Source of the DNA: Chrysomallon squamiferum | Lineage: Eukaryota; Animalia; Mollusca | Direction: 5' to 3' | Assembly: GCA_012295275.1 (NCBI GenBank) | Contig: CM022665.1 | Coordinates: 62,001 to 126,000, forward strand | Length of the DNA: 64,000 bases | Shown: positions 38,701-52,223 of the stretch, piece by piece | Layout of the letters: each line of letters begins with the position of its first letter | How positions within the stretch are numbered: the first letter of the stretch is position 1 | Notes under the pieces: model-generated | Seen by the model: only the letters and a program-made list of their open reading frames with translations | Databases searched by the model: none | Told to the model about the DNA's origin: nothing | Translations under genes and position numbers: made by a program

Positions 38701-41213
38701 ACCCATGTGAGACTGTAAAAACTGCTGTCTTTAAAAGTTTTTGTGTTGTTAGTTACAGCTTACTAAATGTTTCACCGAAAAAGTGCGAAAACCACTTTGT
38801 AACAAAGATATACTTCTAAACGTTTTCTAGAAGTATTTAGTAACTACTCATAAGTAGTCAATATTAATACGTAAAATCAAACATCAGACACTGAAGTAAA
38901 GTAACAACAATTTATAGGTTAATTATTACACAGTTGGATAAATATATTCGTTGCAAATCATGTAGATAAGAATTATCTGTTCTGACTGTCACTGTGACAC
39001 CTCTGTTTGCAATGTTGTAATGGAAATCAAAGTTAATTCTAGCGTAGTTTGACTGCGCGTTCTGCTAAATTGTAAACTACAAAGCTGTACTGAAAGTTTG
39101 TATGTTATTACTCATGTAAATGAAGCTTCTCATAAATATCAACAATTCAAAGGCGATATTCAGTGCTGACATTAAGCAGCTACATCCACATGTCACTGCT
39201 GAATTAAAAACACTGTAAGATATACATTTTCTATAAATTTCGAAAGATGTGAATGTATAATTAAGGTAATTTTAGGTATCAGAGTTGACTTGAAAACAAA
39301 ATAGACAATGAAAAAGAAACCCTTAAGACTCCTCAAGTGAGACATCGTTCCAAAGCCCGATTTAGACAGTTGTGTTCTTCTTCTTAAAAGCTTAATTGCT
39401 GCTGAATTTACTGAGCTAGCAGTTTGATGTGATATCCTTCTGTTTATAAATTACAACTTATCAAACAAAATTTTGTGTTCTTTCATTACATCTGAGAAAA
39501 ATCTTAAACTAGGCATATTTACTAAAGACAACCTTATGCTTTTTATAATTTTATATGTATACAAAGTTCAGATTGTCTTCTCTACTAAAAACATAGAATA
39601 AACTATAAACGAAAGCCAAATGCTAAACATATGCATTAATGGTGTTAATAATTAATTTTGACTAATATATGCAAATAATTAGATTTCTGTTTAAAGACAA
39701 CAAAGTGGCACCCATACACAAGAATGTAATTTGCTTTATCATAGCTAGAGAAGAAAGTTAACAAATAATTATGTACCTGAATTAGACCTCTGTTCCACTC
39801 TTTCTGATTTGGAAATGGCTGTCGACTGTAGTTGTACTTCTGTAATTTAAGTAACGTAAATAAAGTTAAATATTTCTAGCATACCTGAGTAGTATCAATG
39901 GCTATTTATGCCAGTAAACATTATATACCACTTTTCACTAATATAAATCACTAAACTAATACGAATTTTCATATTTGTTTTGCTTGTTTCTCTTTCTTAG
40001 CTGGATGTTTTCACTTCGACAACCTCATAAACATTTCCTGGGAAGACAGTGAATACTAACCCATGTGAGACTGTAAAAACTGCTGTCTTTAAAAGTTTTT
40101 GTGTTGTTAGTTACAGCTTACTAAATGTTTCACCGAAAAAGTGCGAAAACAACTTTGTAACAAAGATATACTTCTAAACGTTTTCTAGAAGTATGTACCT
40201 AACTAGAAGTATTTAGTAACTACTAATACATAGTCAATATTAATACGTAAAATCAAACATCAGACATGGAAGTAAAGTAACAACAATTTATAGGTTAATT
40301 ATTACACAGTTGGATAAATATATTCGTTGCAAATCATGTAGATAAGAATTATCTGTTCTGACTGTCACTGTGACACCTCTGTTTGCAATGTTGTAATGGA
40401 AATCAAAGTTAATTCTAGCGTAGTTTGACTGCGCGTTCTGCTAAATTGTAAACTACAAAGCTGTACTGAAAGTTTGTATGTTATTACTCATGTAAATGAA
40501 GCTTCTCATAAATATCAACAATTCAAAGGCGATATTCAGTGCTGACATTAAGCAGCTACATCCACATGTCACTGCTGAATTAAAAACACTGTAAGATATA
40601 CATTTTCTATAAATTTCGAAAGATGTGAATGTATAATTAAGGTAATTTTAGGTATCAGAGTTGACTTGAAAACAAAATAGACAATGAAAAAGAAACCCTT
40701 AAGACTCCTCAAGTGAGACATCGTTCCAAAGCCCGATTTAGACAGTTGTGTTCTTCTTAAAAAGCTTAATTGCTGCTGAATTTACTGAGCTAGCAGTTTG
40801 ATGTGATATCCTTCTGTTTATAAATTACAACTTATCAAACAAAATTTTGTGTTCTTTCATTACATCTGAGAAAAATTTTAAACTAGGCATATTAACTAAA
40901 GACAACCTTATGTTTTTTATAATTTTATATGTATACAAAGTTCAGATTGTCTTCTCTACTAAAAACATAGAATAAACTATAAACGAAAGCCAAATGCTAA
41001 ACATATGTATTAATGGTGTTAATAATTAATTTTGACTAATATAAGTAAATAATTAGATTTCTGTTTAAAGACAACAAAGTGGCACCCATACACAAGAATG
41101 TAATTTGCTTTATCATAGCTAGAAAAGAAAGTTAACAAATAATTATGTACCTGAATTAGACCTCTGTTCCACTCTTTCTGATTTGGAAATGGCTGTCGAC
41201 TGTAGTTGTACAT
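35709..41213 (-). CDS. Five 63-nt candidate micro-exons, type A (35709-35771, 37063-37125, 38419-38481, 39777-39839, 41151-41213)
   Basis: ttaaattacag|(E/D)VQLQSTAISKSERVEQRSNS g|gtacat, once per unit. Confidence 0.62.
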
Positions 41214-42524
41214 CTGTAATTTAAGTAACGTAAATAAAGATTAAATATTTCTAGCATAGCTGAGTAGTATCAATGGCTATTTATGCCAGTAAACATTATA
41301 TACCACTTTTCACTAATATAAATCACTAAACTAATACGAATTTTCATATTTGTTTTGCTTGTTTCTCTTTCTTAGCTGGATGTTTTCACTTCGACAACCT
41401 CATAAAACATTTCCTGGGAAGACAGTGAATACTAACCCATGTGAGACTGTAAAACTGCTGTCTTTAAAAAAAAAGACAATTTGTGTTGTTAGTTACAGCT
41501 TACTAAATGTTTCACCGAAAAAGTGCGAAAACCACTTTGTAACAAAGATATACTTCTAAACGTTTTCTAGAAGTATTTAACTAGAAGTAACTTACTAACT
41601 ACTCATACGTAGTCAATATTAATACGTAAAATCAAACATCAGACATGGAAGTAAAGTAACAACAATTTATAGGTTTATTATAACCTGGATAAATACATTC
41701 GTTGCAAATCATGTAGATAAGAATTATCTCTTCAGTCTGTCACTATGACATCTCTGTTTGGAATGTTGTAATGTAAATCAAAGTTAATTCTAGTGTAGTC
41801 TGACTGCGCGTTCTGCTAAACTGTAAACTACAAAGCTGTATTGAAAGTTTGTATATTATTACTCATGTAAATGAAGCTTGTCATAAATATCAACAATTCA
41901 AAGGCGATATTCAGTGCTGACATTAAGCAGCTACATTCACATGCCACTGCTGAATTAAAAACACTGTAAGATATACATTTACTATCAATTTCGAAACATG
42001 TGAATGTATAATTAAGGTAATTTTAGGTATCAGAGTTGACTTGAAAACAAAATAGACAATGAAAAACAAACCCTTAAGACTCCTCAACTGAGACATCGTT
42101 CCAAAGCCCGATTTGGACAGTTGTGTTCTTCTTAAAAAGCTTAATTGCTGCTGAATTTTCTGAGCTAGCAGTTTGATGTTATATCCTTCTGTTTATAAAT
42201 TACAACTTATCAAACAAAATTTTGTGTTCTTTCATTACATCTGAGAAAACTTTAAACCAAGCATATTAACTAAAGACCATCTTATGATTTTTATAATTTT
42301 ATATGTATACATAGTTCCGATTGTCTTCTCTATTAATAATATAGAGTAAACTATAAACGAAAGCCAAATGCTAAACATATGTATTAATTGTGTTAATAAT
42401 TAATTTTGACTAATATATGCAAATAATTAGATTTCTGTTTAAAGACAACAAATTGGCACCCATGCACAAGAATGTAATTTGCTTTATCATAGCTAGAAAA
42501 GAAAGTTAACAAGTAATTATGTAC

Positions 42525-45500
42525 CTGAATTACACCTCTGTTCCACTCTTTCTGATTTGGAAATGGCTGTCGGCTGTCGTTGTACATCTGTAATTTAAGT
42601 AACGTAAATAAAGATAAACATTTCTAGCATAGTTGAGTAGTATCAACGGCTATTTATGCCAGTAAAAATTATATACCACTTTTCACTAATATAAATCACT
42701 AAACTAATACGAATTTTCATATTTGTTTTGCTTGTTTCTCTTTCTTAGCTGGATGTTTTCACTTCGACAACCTCATAAACATTTCCTGGGAAGACAGTGA
42801 ATACTACCCCATGTGAGACTGTAAAAACTGCTGTCTTTAAAAGATTTTGTGTTGTTAGTTACAGCTTACTAAATGTTTCACCGAAAAAGTGCGAAAACCA
42901 CTTTGTAACAAAATATACTTCTAAACGTTTTCTAGAAGTATCTACCTAACTAGAAGTATTTACTAACTACTCATACGTAGTCAATATTAATACGTAAAAT
43001 CAAACATCAGACATGGAAGTAAAGTAACAACAATTTATAGGTTTATTATAACCTGGATAAATACATTCGTTGCAAATCATGTAGAAAAGAATTATCTCTT
43101 CAGTCTGTCACTATGACATCTCTGTTTGGAATGTTGTAATGTAAATCAAAGTTAATTCTAGTGTAGTCTGACTGCGCGTTCTGCTAAACTGTAAACTACA
43201 AAGCTGTATTGAAAGTTTGTATATTATTACTCATGTAAATGAAGCTTGTCATAAATATCAACAATTCAAAGGCGATATTCAGTGCTGACATTAAGCAGCT
43301 ACATTCACATGCCACTGCTGAATTAAAAACACTGTAAGATATACATTTACTATCAATTTCGAAACATGTGAATGTATAATTAAGGTAATTTTAGGTATCA
43401 GAGTTGACTTGAAAACAAAATAGACAATGAAAAAGAAACCCTTAAGACTCCTCAACTGAGACATCGTTCCAAAGCCCGATTTGGACAGTTGTGTTCTTCT
43501 TAAAAAGCTTAATTGCTGCTGAATTTACTGAGCTAGCAGTTTGATGTGATATCCTTCTGTTTATAAATTACAACTTATCAAACAAAATTTTGTGTTCTTT
43601 CATTACGTCTGAGAAAACTTTAAACCAAGCATATTAACTAAATACCATCTTATGATTTTTATAATTTTATATGTATACATAGTTCCGATTGTCTTCTCTA
43701 TTAATAATATAGAATAAACTACAAACGAAAGCCAAATGCTAAACATATGTATTAATTGTGTTAATAATTAATTTTGACTAATATATGCAAATTATTAGAT
43801 TTCTGTTTAAAGACAACAAATTGGCACCCATGCACAAGAATGTAATTTGCTTTATCATAGCTAGAAAAGAAAGTTAACAAGTAATTATGTACCTGAATTA
43901 CACCTCTGTTCCACTCTTTCTGATTTGGAAATGGCTGTCGGCTGTCGTTGTACATCTGTAATTTAAGTAACGTAAATAAAGATAAACATTTCTAGCATAG
44001 TTGAGTAGTATCAACGGCTATTTAAGCCAGTACAAATTATATACCACTTTTCACTAATATAAATCACTAAACTAATACGAATTTTCATATTTGTTTTGCT
44101 TGTTTCTCTTTCTTAGCTGGATGTTTTCACTTCGACAACCTCATAAACATTTCCTGGGAAGACAGTGAATACTACCCCATGTGAGACTGTAAAAACTGCT
44201 GTCTTTAAAAGTTTTTCTGTTGTTAGTTACAGCTTACTAAATGTTTCACCGAAAAAGTGCGAAAACCACTTTGTAACAAAGATATACTTCTAAACGTTTT
44301 CTAGAAGTATCTACCTAACTAGAAGTATTTACTAACTACTCATACGTAGTCAATATTAATACGTAAAATCAAACATCAGACATGGAAGTAAAGTAACAAC
44401 AATTTATAGGTTTATTATAACCTGGATAAATACATTCGTTGCAAATCATGTAGATAAGAATTATCTCTTCAGTCTGTCACTATGACATCTCTGTTTGGAA
44501 TGTTGTAATGTAAATCAAAGTTAATTCTAGTGTAGTCTGACTGCGCGTTCTGCTAAACTGTAAACTACAAAGCTGTATTGAAAGTTTGTATATTATTACT
44601 CATGTAAATGAAGCTTGTCATAAATATCAACAATTCAAAGGCGATATTCAGTGCTGACATTAAGCAGCTACATTCACATGCCACTGCTGAATTAAAAACA
44701 CTGTAAGATATACATTTACTATCAATTTCCAAACATGTGAATGTATAATTAAGGTAATTTTAGGTATCAGAGTTGACTTGAAAACAAAATAGACAATGAA
44801 AAAAAACCCTTAAGACTCCTCAACTGAGACATCGTTCCAAAGCCCGATTTGGACAGTTGTGTTCTTCTTAAAAAGCTTAATTGCTGCTGAATTTACTGAG
44901 CTAGCAGTTTGATGTGATATCCTTCTGTTTATAAATTACAACTTATCAAACAAAATTTTGTGTTCTTTCATTACATCTGAGAAAACTTTAAACCAAGCAT
45001 ATTAACTAAATACCATCTTATGATTTTTATAATTTTATATGTATACATAGTTCCGATTGTCTTCTCTATTAATAATATAGAATAAACTATAAACGAAAGC
45101 CAAATGCTAAACATATGTATTAATTGTGTTAATAATTAATTTTGACTAATATATGCAAATTATTAGATTTCTGTTTAAAGACAACAAATTGGCACCCATG
45201 CACAAGAATGTAATTTGCTTTATCATAGCTAGAAAAGAAAGTTAACAAGTAATTATGTACCTGAATTACACCTCTGTTCCACTCTTTCTGATTTGGAAAT
45301 GGCTGTCGGCTGTCGTTGTACATCTGTAATTTAAGTAACGTAAATAAAGATAAACATTTCTAGCATAGTTGAGTAGTATCAACGGCTATTTATGCCAGTA
45401 AAAATTATATACCACTTTTCACTAATATAAATCACTAAACTAATACGAATTTTCATATTTGTTTTGCTTGTTTCTCTTTCTTAGCTGGATGTTTTCACTT

Positions 45501-48500
45501 CGACAACCTCATAAACATTTCCTGGGAAGACAGTGAATACTACCCCATGTGAGACTGTAAAAACTGCTGTCTTTAAAAGTTTTTGTGTTGTTAGTTACAG
45601 CTTACTAAATGTTTCACCGAAAAAGTGCGAAAACCACTTTGTAACAAAGATATACTTCTAAACGTTTTCTAGAAGTATCTACCTAACTAGAAGTATTTAC
45701 TAACTACTCATACGTAGTCAATATTAATACGTAAAATCAAACATCAGACATGGAAGTAAAGTAACAACAATTTATAGGTTTATTATAACCTGGATAAATA
45801 CATTCGTTGCAAATCATGTAGATAAGAATTATCTCTTCAGTCTGTCACTATGACATCTCTGTTTGGAATGTTGTAATGTAAATCAAAGTTAATTCTAGTG
45901 TAGTCTGACTGCGCGTTCTGCTAAACTGTAAACTACAAAGCTGTATTGAAAGTTTGTATATTATTACTCATGTAAATGAAGCTTGTCATAAATATCAACA
46001 ATTCAAAGGCGATATTCAGTGCTGACATTAAGCAGCTACATTCACATGCCACTGCTGAATTAAAAACACTGTAAGATATACATTTACTATCAATTTCCAA
46101 ACATGTGAATGTATAATTAAGGTAATTTTAGGTATCAGAGTTGACTTGAAAACAAAATAGACAATGAAAAAGAAACCCTTAAGACTCCTCAACTGAGACA
46201 TCGTTCCAAAGCCCGATTTGGACAGTTGTGTTCTTCTTAAAAAGCTTAATTGCTGCTGAATTTACTGAGCTAGCAGTTTGATGTGATATCCTTCTGTTTA
46301 TAAATTACAACTTATCAAACAAAATTTTGTGTTCTTTCATTACATCTGAGAAAACTTTAAACCAAGCATATTAACTAAATACCATCTTATGATTTTTATA
46401 ATTTTATATGTATACATAGATCCGATTGTCTTCTCTATTAATAATATAGAATAAACTATAAACGAAAGCCAAATGCTAAACATATGTATTAATTGTGTTA
46501 ATAATTAATTTTGACTAATATATGCAAATAATTAGATTTCTGTTTAAAGACAACAAATTGGCACCCATGCACAAGAATGTAATTTGCTTTATCATAGCTA
46601 GAAAAGAAAGTTAACAAGTAATTATGTACCTGAATTACACCTCTGTTCCACTCTTTCTGATTTGGAAATGGCTGTCGGCTGTCGTTGTACATCTGTAATT
46701 TAAGTAACGTAAATAAAGATAAACATTTCTAGCATAGTTGAGTAGTATCAACGGCTATTTATGCCATTAAAAATTATATACCACTTTTCACTAATATAAA
46801 TCACTAAACTAATACGAATTTTCATATTTGTTTTGCTTGTTTCTCTTTCTTAGCTGGATGTTTTCACTTCGACAACCTCATAAACATTTCCTGGGAAGAC
46901 AGTGAATACTACCCCATGTGAGACTGTAAAAACTGCTGTCTTTAAAAGTCTTTGTGTTGTTAGTTACAGCTTACTAAATGTTTCACCGAAAAAGTGCGAA
47001 AACCACTTTGTAACAAAGATATACTTCTAAACGTTTTCTAGAAGTATCTACCTAACTAGAAGTATTTACTAACTACTCATACGTAGTCAATATTAATACG
47101 TAAAATCAAACATCAGACATGGAAGTAAAGTAACAACAATTTATAGGTTTATTATAACCTGGAATAAATACATTCGTTGCAAATCATGTAGATAAGAATT
47201 ATCTCTTCAGTCTGTCACTATGACATCTCTGTTTGGAATGTTGTAATATAAATCAAAGTTAATTCTAGTGTAGTCTGACTGCGCCTTCTGCTAAACTGTA
47301 AACTACAAAGCTGTATTGAAAGTTTGTATATTATTACTCATGTAAATGAAGCTTGTCATAAATATCAACAATTCAAAGGCGATATTCAGTGCTGACATTA
47401 AGCAGCTACATTCACATGCCACTGCTGAATTAAAAACACTGTAAGATATACATTTACTATCAATTTCCAAACATGTGAATTCATAGTTAAGGTAATTTTA
47501 GGTATCAGAGTTGACTTGAAAACAAAATAGACAATGAAAAAGAAACCCTTAAGACTCCTCAACTGAGACATCGTTCCAAAGCCCGATTTGGACAGTTGTG
47601 TTCTTCTTAAAAAGCTTAATTGCTGCTGAATTTACTGAGCTAGCAGTTTGATGTGATATCCTTCTGTTTATAAATTACAACTTATCAAACAAAATTTTGT
47701 GTTCTTTCATTACATCTGAGAAAACTTTAAACCAAGCATATTAACTAAAGACCATCTTATGATTTTTATAATTTTATATGTATACATAGATCCGATTGTC
47801 TTCTCTATTAATAATATAGAATAAACTATAAACGAAAGCCAAATGCTAAACATATGTATTAATTGTGTTAATAATTAATTTTGACTAATATATGCAAATA
47901 ATTAGATTTCTGTTTAAAGACAACAAATTGGCACCCATGCACAAGAATGTAATTTGCTTTATCATAGCTAGAAAAGAAAGTTAACAAGTAATTATGTACC
48001 TGAATTACACCTCTGTTCCACTCTTTCTGATTTGGAAATGGCTGTCGGCTGTCGTTGTACATCTGTAATTTAAGTAACGTAAATAAAGATAAACATTTCT
48101 AGCATAGTTGAGTAGTATCAACGGCTATTTATGCCAGTAAAAATTATATACCACTTTTCACTAATATAAATCACTAAACTAATACGAATTTTCATATTTG
48201 TTTTGCTTGTTTCTCTTTCTTAGCTGGATGTTTTCACTTCGACAACCTCATAAACATTTCCTGGGAAGACAGTGAATACTACCCCATGTGAGACTGTAAA
48301 AACTGCTGTCTTTAAAAGTCTTTGTGTTGTTAGTTACAGCTTACTAAATGTTTCACCGAAAAAGTGCGAAAATCACTTTGTAACAAAGATATACTTCTAA
48401 ACGTTTTCTAGATGTATCTACCTAACTAGAAATATTTACTAACTACTCATACTTAGTCAATATTAATACGTAAAATCAAACATCAGACATGGAAGTAAAG

Positions 48501-49423
48501 TAACAACAATTTATAGGTTTATTATAACCTGGATAAATACATTCGTTGCAAATCATGTAGATAAGAATTATCTCTTCAGTCTGTCACTATGACATCTCTG
48601 TTTGGAATGTTGTAATATAAATCAAAGTTAATTCTAGTGTAGTCTGACTGCGCGTTCTGCTAAACTGTAAACTACAAAGCTGTATTGAAAGTTTGTATAT
48701 TATTACTCATGTAAATGAAGCTTGTCATAAATATCAACAATTCAAAGGCGATATTCAGTGCTGACATTAAGCAGCTACATCCACATGTCACTGCTGAATT
48801 AAAAACACTGTAAGATATACATTTCTATCAATTTCGAAATGTATAATTAAGGTAATTTTAGGTATCAGAGTTGACTTGAAAACAAAATAGACAATGAAAA
48901 AGAAACCCTTAAGACTCCTCAACTGAGACATCGTTCCAAAGCCCGATTTGGACAGTTGTGTTCTTCTTAAAAAGCTTAATTGCTGCTGAATTTACTGAGC
49001 TAGCAGTTTGATGTGATATCCTTCTGTTTATAAATTACAACTTATCAAACAAAATTTTGTGTTCTTTCATTACATCTGAGAAAACTTTAAACTAAGCATA
49101 TTAAATAACAATACTATTATGCCTTTAATAATTTTATATGTATATAAAGTTCAGATTCCCTTGTCTCTATTAATAAAATAGAATAAACTATAAACGAAAG
49201 ACAAATGCTAAAGATATGTATTGATGGTGTTAATAATTAATTTTCACTAATGTAAGTAAATAATTAGGTTTCTGTTTAAAACAACAAAGTGACACCCGTG
49301 CACAAGAATGTAATTTGCTTTATCGTAGCTAGAAAAGAAAGTTAACAAGTAATTATGTACCTGAATTACACCTCTGTTCCACTCTTTCTGATTTGGAAAT
49401 GGCTGTCGGCTGTCGTTGTACAT
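42525..49423 (-). CDS. Six 63-nt candidate micro-exons, type B (42525-42587, 43893-43955, 45261-45323, 46630-46692, 48000-48062, 49361-49423)
   Basis: aaattacag|(D)VQRQPTAISKSERVEQRCNS g|gtacat, once per unit. Confidence 0.62.
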
Positions 49424-50078
49424 CTGTAATTTCAGTAACGTAGATAAAGATAAACATTTCTAGCATAGTTGAGTAGTATCAACGGCTATTTATGCCAGTA
49501 AAAATTATATACCACTTTTCACTAATATAAATCACTAAACTAATACGAATGTTCATATTTGTTTTTCTTGATTTTCTTTCTTAGCTGGATGTTTTAACTT
49601 TGACAAACTAATAAACATTTTTTGAGAAGACAATGACTACTACCCCACATGAGACTTTAAAGACTGCTGTCTTTAAAAAAATGTTGTGCTGTTAGTTACA
49701 GCTTAATAAATGTTTCAGCGAAAAAGTGAGAAAACCTCTTTGTAACAAAGATATACTTCTAAACGTTTTCTAGAAGTATCTAACTGACCAGAAGTATTTA
49801 CTAACTACTCATACGTAGTCAATATTAATACGTAAAATCAAAACACAAACATAAAACGTCGTACCATCAGACATGGAAGTAAAGTAACAACAATTTATGG
49901 GTTAATTATTACACACTTGGATAAATATATTCGTTGGAAATCACGTAGATAAGAATTATCGGTTCAGTCTGTCACTAACACGTTTGTCCTGAGATCATCA
50001 GTTTATAGATTACAACTTATCAACAAAATGCTGTGTACTTTCATTACCGCTGAGAAATCATAAAACCAACAAATTTAC

Positions 50079-50156
50079 CTGAACGACATTCGTGGATAAT
50101 TCCATTGACACTTTCAAAGCCGTTATTCAACAGGAAATTCCGTCTTAATGTTTCTT
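50079..50156 (-). CDS. Candidate micro-exon, 78 nt, phase 1-1
   Basis: catattacag|(E)ETLRRNFLLNNGFESVNGIIHECRS g|gtaaat. Confidence 0.68.
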
Positions 50157-51441
50157 CTGTAATATGAAATTAAAAAAAAACATTTTAGTTTAACATCAGT
50201 CCAGTGTGTGTGCACCTACTTCCAGGAAGACTCTTTGCCAATGTAACATAATACCACTAACATTTTATAGCTCTAAGTATTTTTCATAAATTTTTTGTTC
50301 GATATATTGAATTTGATAAAATATAAAAGATATTAAAATTAATACAAATTTATATGATTTGTCTTTCTTTCTTTATCGGAGAAAGTCACTGACAAAGTTA
50401 CCCAGTTCCTGAAGGAGACAACGAATTCCCTTGATATGAATTAATCCTGTGCAAAATAATTAAATACACTTTTGTCCAGCTTTCCAGGAAATATTTTAGT
50501 CGGTTGTTTGAAGTAGGAGTTTCGGTTAATCAAACAGAGAAAGTGTAAGCCAAAGACTAACACAAAAAATATGTATTACTGGTATTAGTAATTAATTAAA
50601 AACTCTTTAAATGCCGATGCGAGTAAATAATTGTTGTTTAGCTTAAAATATGAAAGTAACACCCGTTCATCAGAAACTACTTTGATTCATCAGAACTGCA
50701 AAAGACATTCAGGAAATAATTACGTATCTAAAGCCCAGCAGCATTTCTTTCCTTGAGACATTTCTCTTCTGATCGAAGTCCTACAGATTTAGTTTCAATA
50801 ACGTAAATAAAGATAAACATTTCTAGCATTGTCAAGTATTACCAATGCCTTTATATGCCAGTAAAATGTACTTACAACTTTTCAGTAATATAAATGACTA
50901 AAACTAATACGAATGCTCATATATATTTTGGTTGATTTTGTTTCTTTACTGCAAGTTTTCACTTTGACAAACTAATAAACATTTTTTGAGAAGACAATGA
51001 CTACTACCCCACATGAGGCTTTAAAGACTGCTGTCTTTACAAAATGTTGTGCTGTTAGTTACAGCTTAATAAATGTTTCAGCGAAAAAGTGAGAAAACCT
51101 CTTTGTAACAAAGATATACTTCTAAACGTTTTCTAGAAGTATCTAACTGACCAGAAGTATTTACTAACTACTCATACGTAGTCAATATTAATACGTAAAA
51201 TCAAAACACAAAAATAAAACGTCGTACCATCAGACATGGAAGTAAAGTAACAACAATTTATGGGTTAATTATTACACACTTGGATAAATATATTCGTTGG
51301 AAATCACGTAGATAAGAATTATCGGTTCAGTCTGTCACTATGACGTTTGTCCTGAGATCATCAGTTTATAGATTACAACTTATCAACAAAATGCTGTGTA
51401 CTTTCATTACCGCTGAGAAATCATAAAACCAACAAATTTAC

Positions 51442-51519
51442 CTGAACGACATTCGTGGATAATTCCATTGACACTTTCAAAGCCGTTATTCAACACGAAA
51501 TTCCGTCTTGATGTTTCTT
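51442..51519 (-). CDS. Candidate micro-exon, 78 nt, duplicate of 50079-50156
   Basis: (E)ETSRRNFVLNNGFESVNGIIHECRS. Confidence 0.68.
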
Positions 51520-52139
51520 CTGTAATATGAAATTATAAAAAAACATTTTAGTTTAACATCAGTCCAGTGTGTGTGCACCTACTTCCAGGAAGACTCTTTG
51601 CCAATGTAACATAATACCACTAACATTTTATAGCTGTAAGTATTTTTCATAAATTTTTTGTTCGATATATTGAATTTGATAAAATATAAAAGATATTAAA
51701 ATTAATACAAAATTATATGATTTGTCTTTCTTTCTTTATCGGAGAAAGTCACTGACAAAGTTACCCAGTTCCTGAAGGAGACAACGAATTCCCTTGATAT
51801 GAATTAATCCTGTGCAAAATAATTAAATACACTTTTGTCCAGCTTTCCAGGAAATATTTTAGTCGGTTGTTTGAAGTAGAAGTTTCGGTTAATCAAACAG
51901 AGAAAGTGTAAACCAAAGACTAACACAAAAAATATGTATTACTGGTATTAGTAATTAATTAAAAACTCTTTAAATGTCGATGAATTTAGACAGTTGTGTT
52001 CTTCTTAAAAAGTTAATTGCTGCTGAATTTACTGAACTAACAGTTCGTCCTGAGATCATCAGTTTATAGATTACAACTTATCAACAAAATTCTGTGTACT
52101 TTCATTAGAGGTCAGAAATCATAAAACTAAGAGATTTAC

Positions 52140-52223
52140 CTGAATAATTTGAGTTTATAAAGAGTTGTGGGTTGTTGTTGTTAAAGTTTGATAATGCCAT
52201 TTCCCTCAGTTGATCTCTTTGTT
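52140..52223 (-). CDS. Candidate micro-exon, 84 nt, phase 1-1
   Basis: catattacag|(E)QRDQLREMALSNFNNNNPQLFINSNYS g|gtaaat; 5' part resembles exon 28951-29049. Confidence 0.68.

Larger units (their letters stand above)
34770..49980. repeat. Tandem array, 11 units of ~1354-1376 bp, two sequence subtypes
   Basis: Marker gagacatcgttccaaagcccg at about 35274, 36628, 37983, 39339, 40714, 42090, 43458, 44826, 46195, 47565, 48925. Confidence 0.95.
49600..51975. repeat. Direct duplication with ~1363 bp offset, different unit composition from the main array
   Basis: cgtttgtcctgagatcatcag at 49981 and 51344. Confidence 0.9.

Noticed and set aside
41019-48062. Repeated 64-aa ORFs MYN(D/Y)SRQPFPNQ as standalone genes
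   Set aside because: The ATG is the first bases of the 63-nt exon read in another frame, is absent in units 1-4, and the ORF runs through the donor into intron.
34770-49980. CRISPR-like or pure satellite interpretation of the array
   Set aside because: Units are 1.36 kb with no short repeat/unique spacer pattern, there are no cas genes, and the context is intron-containing eukaryotic DNA.
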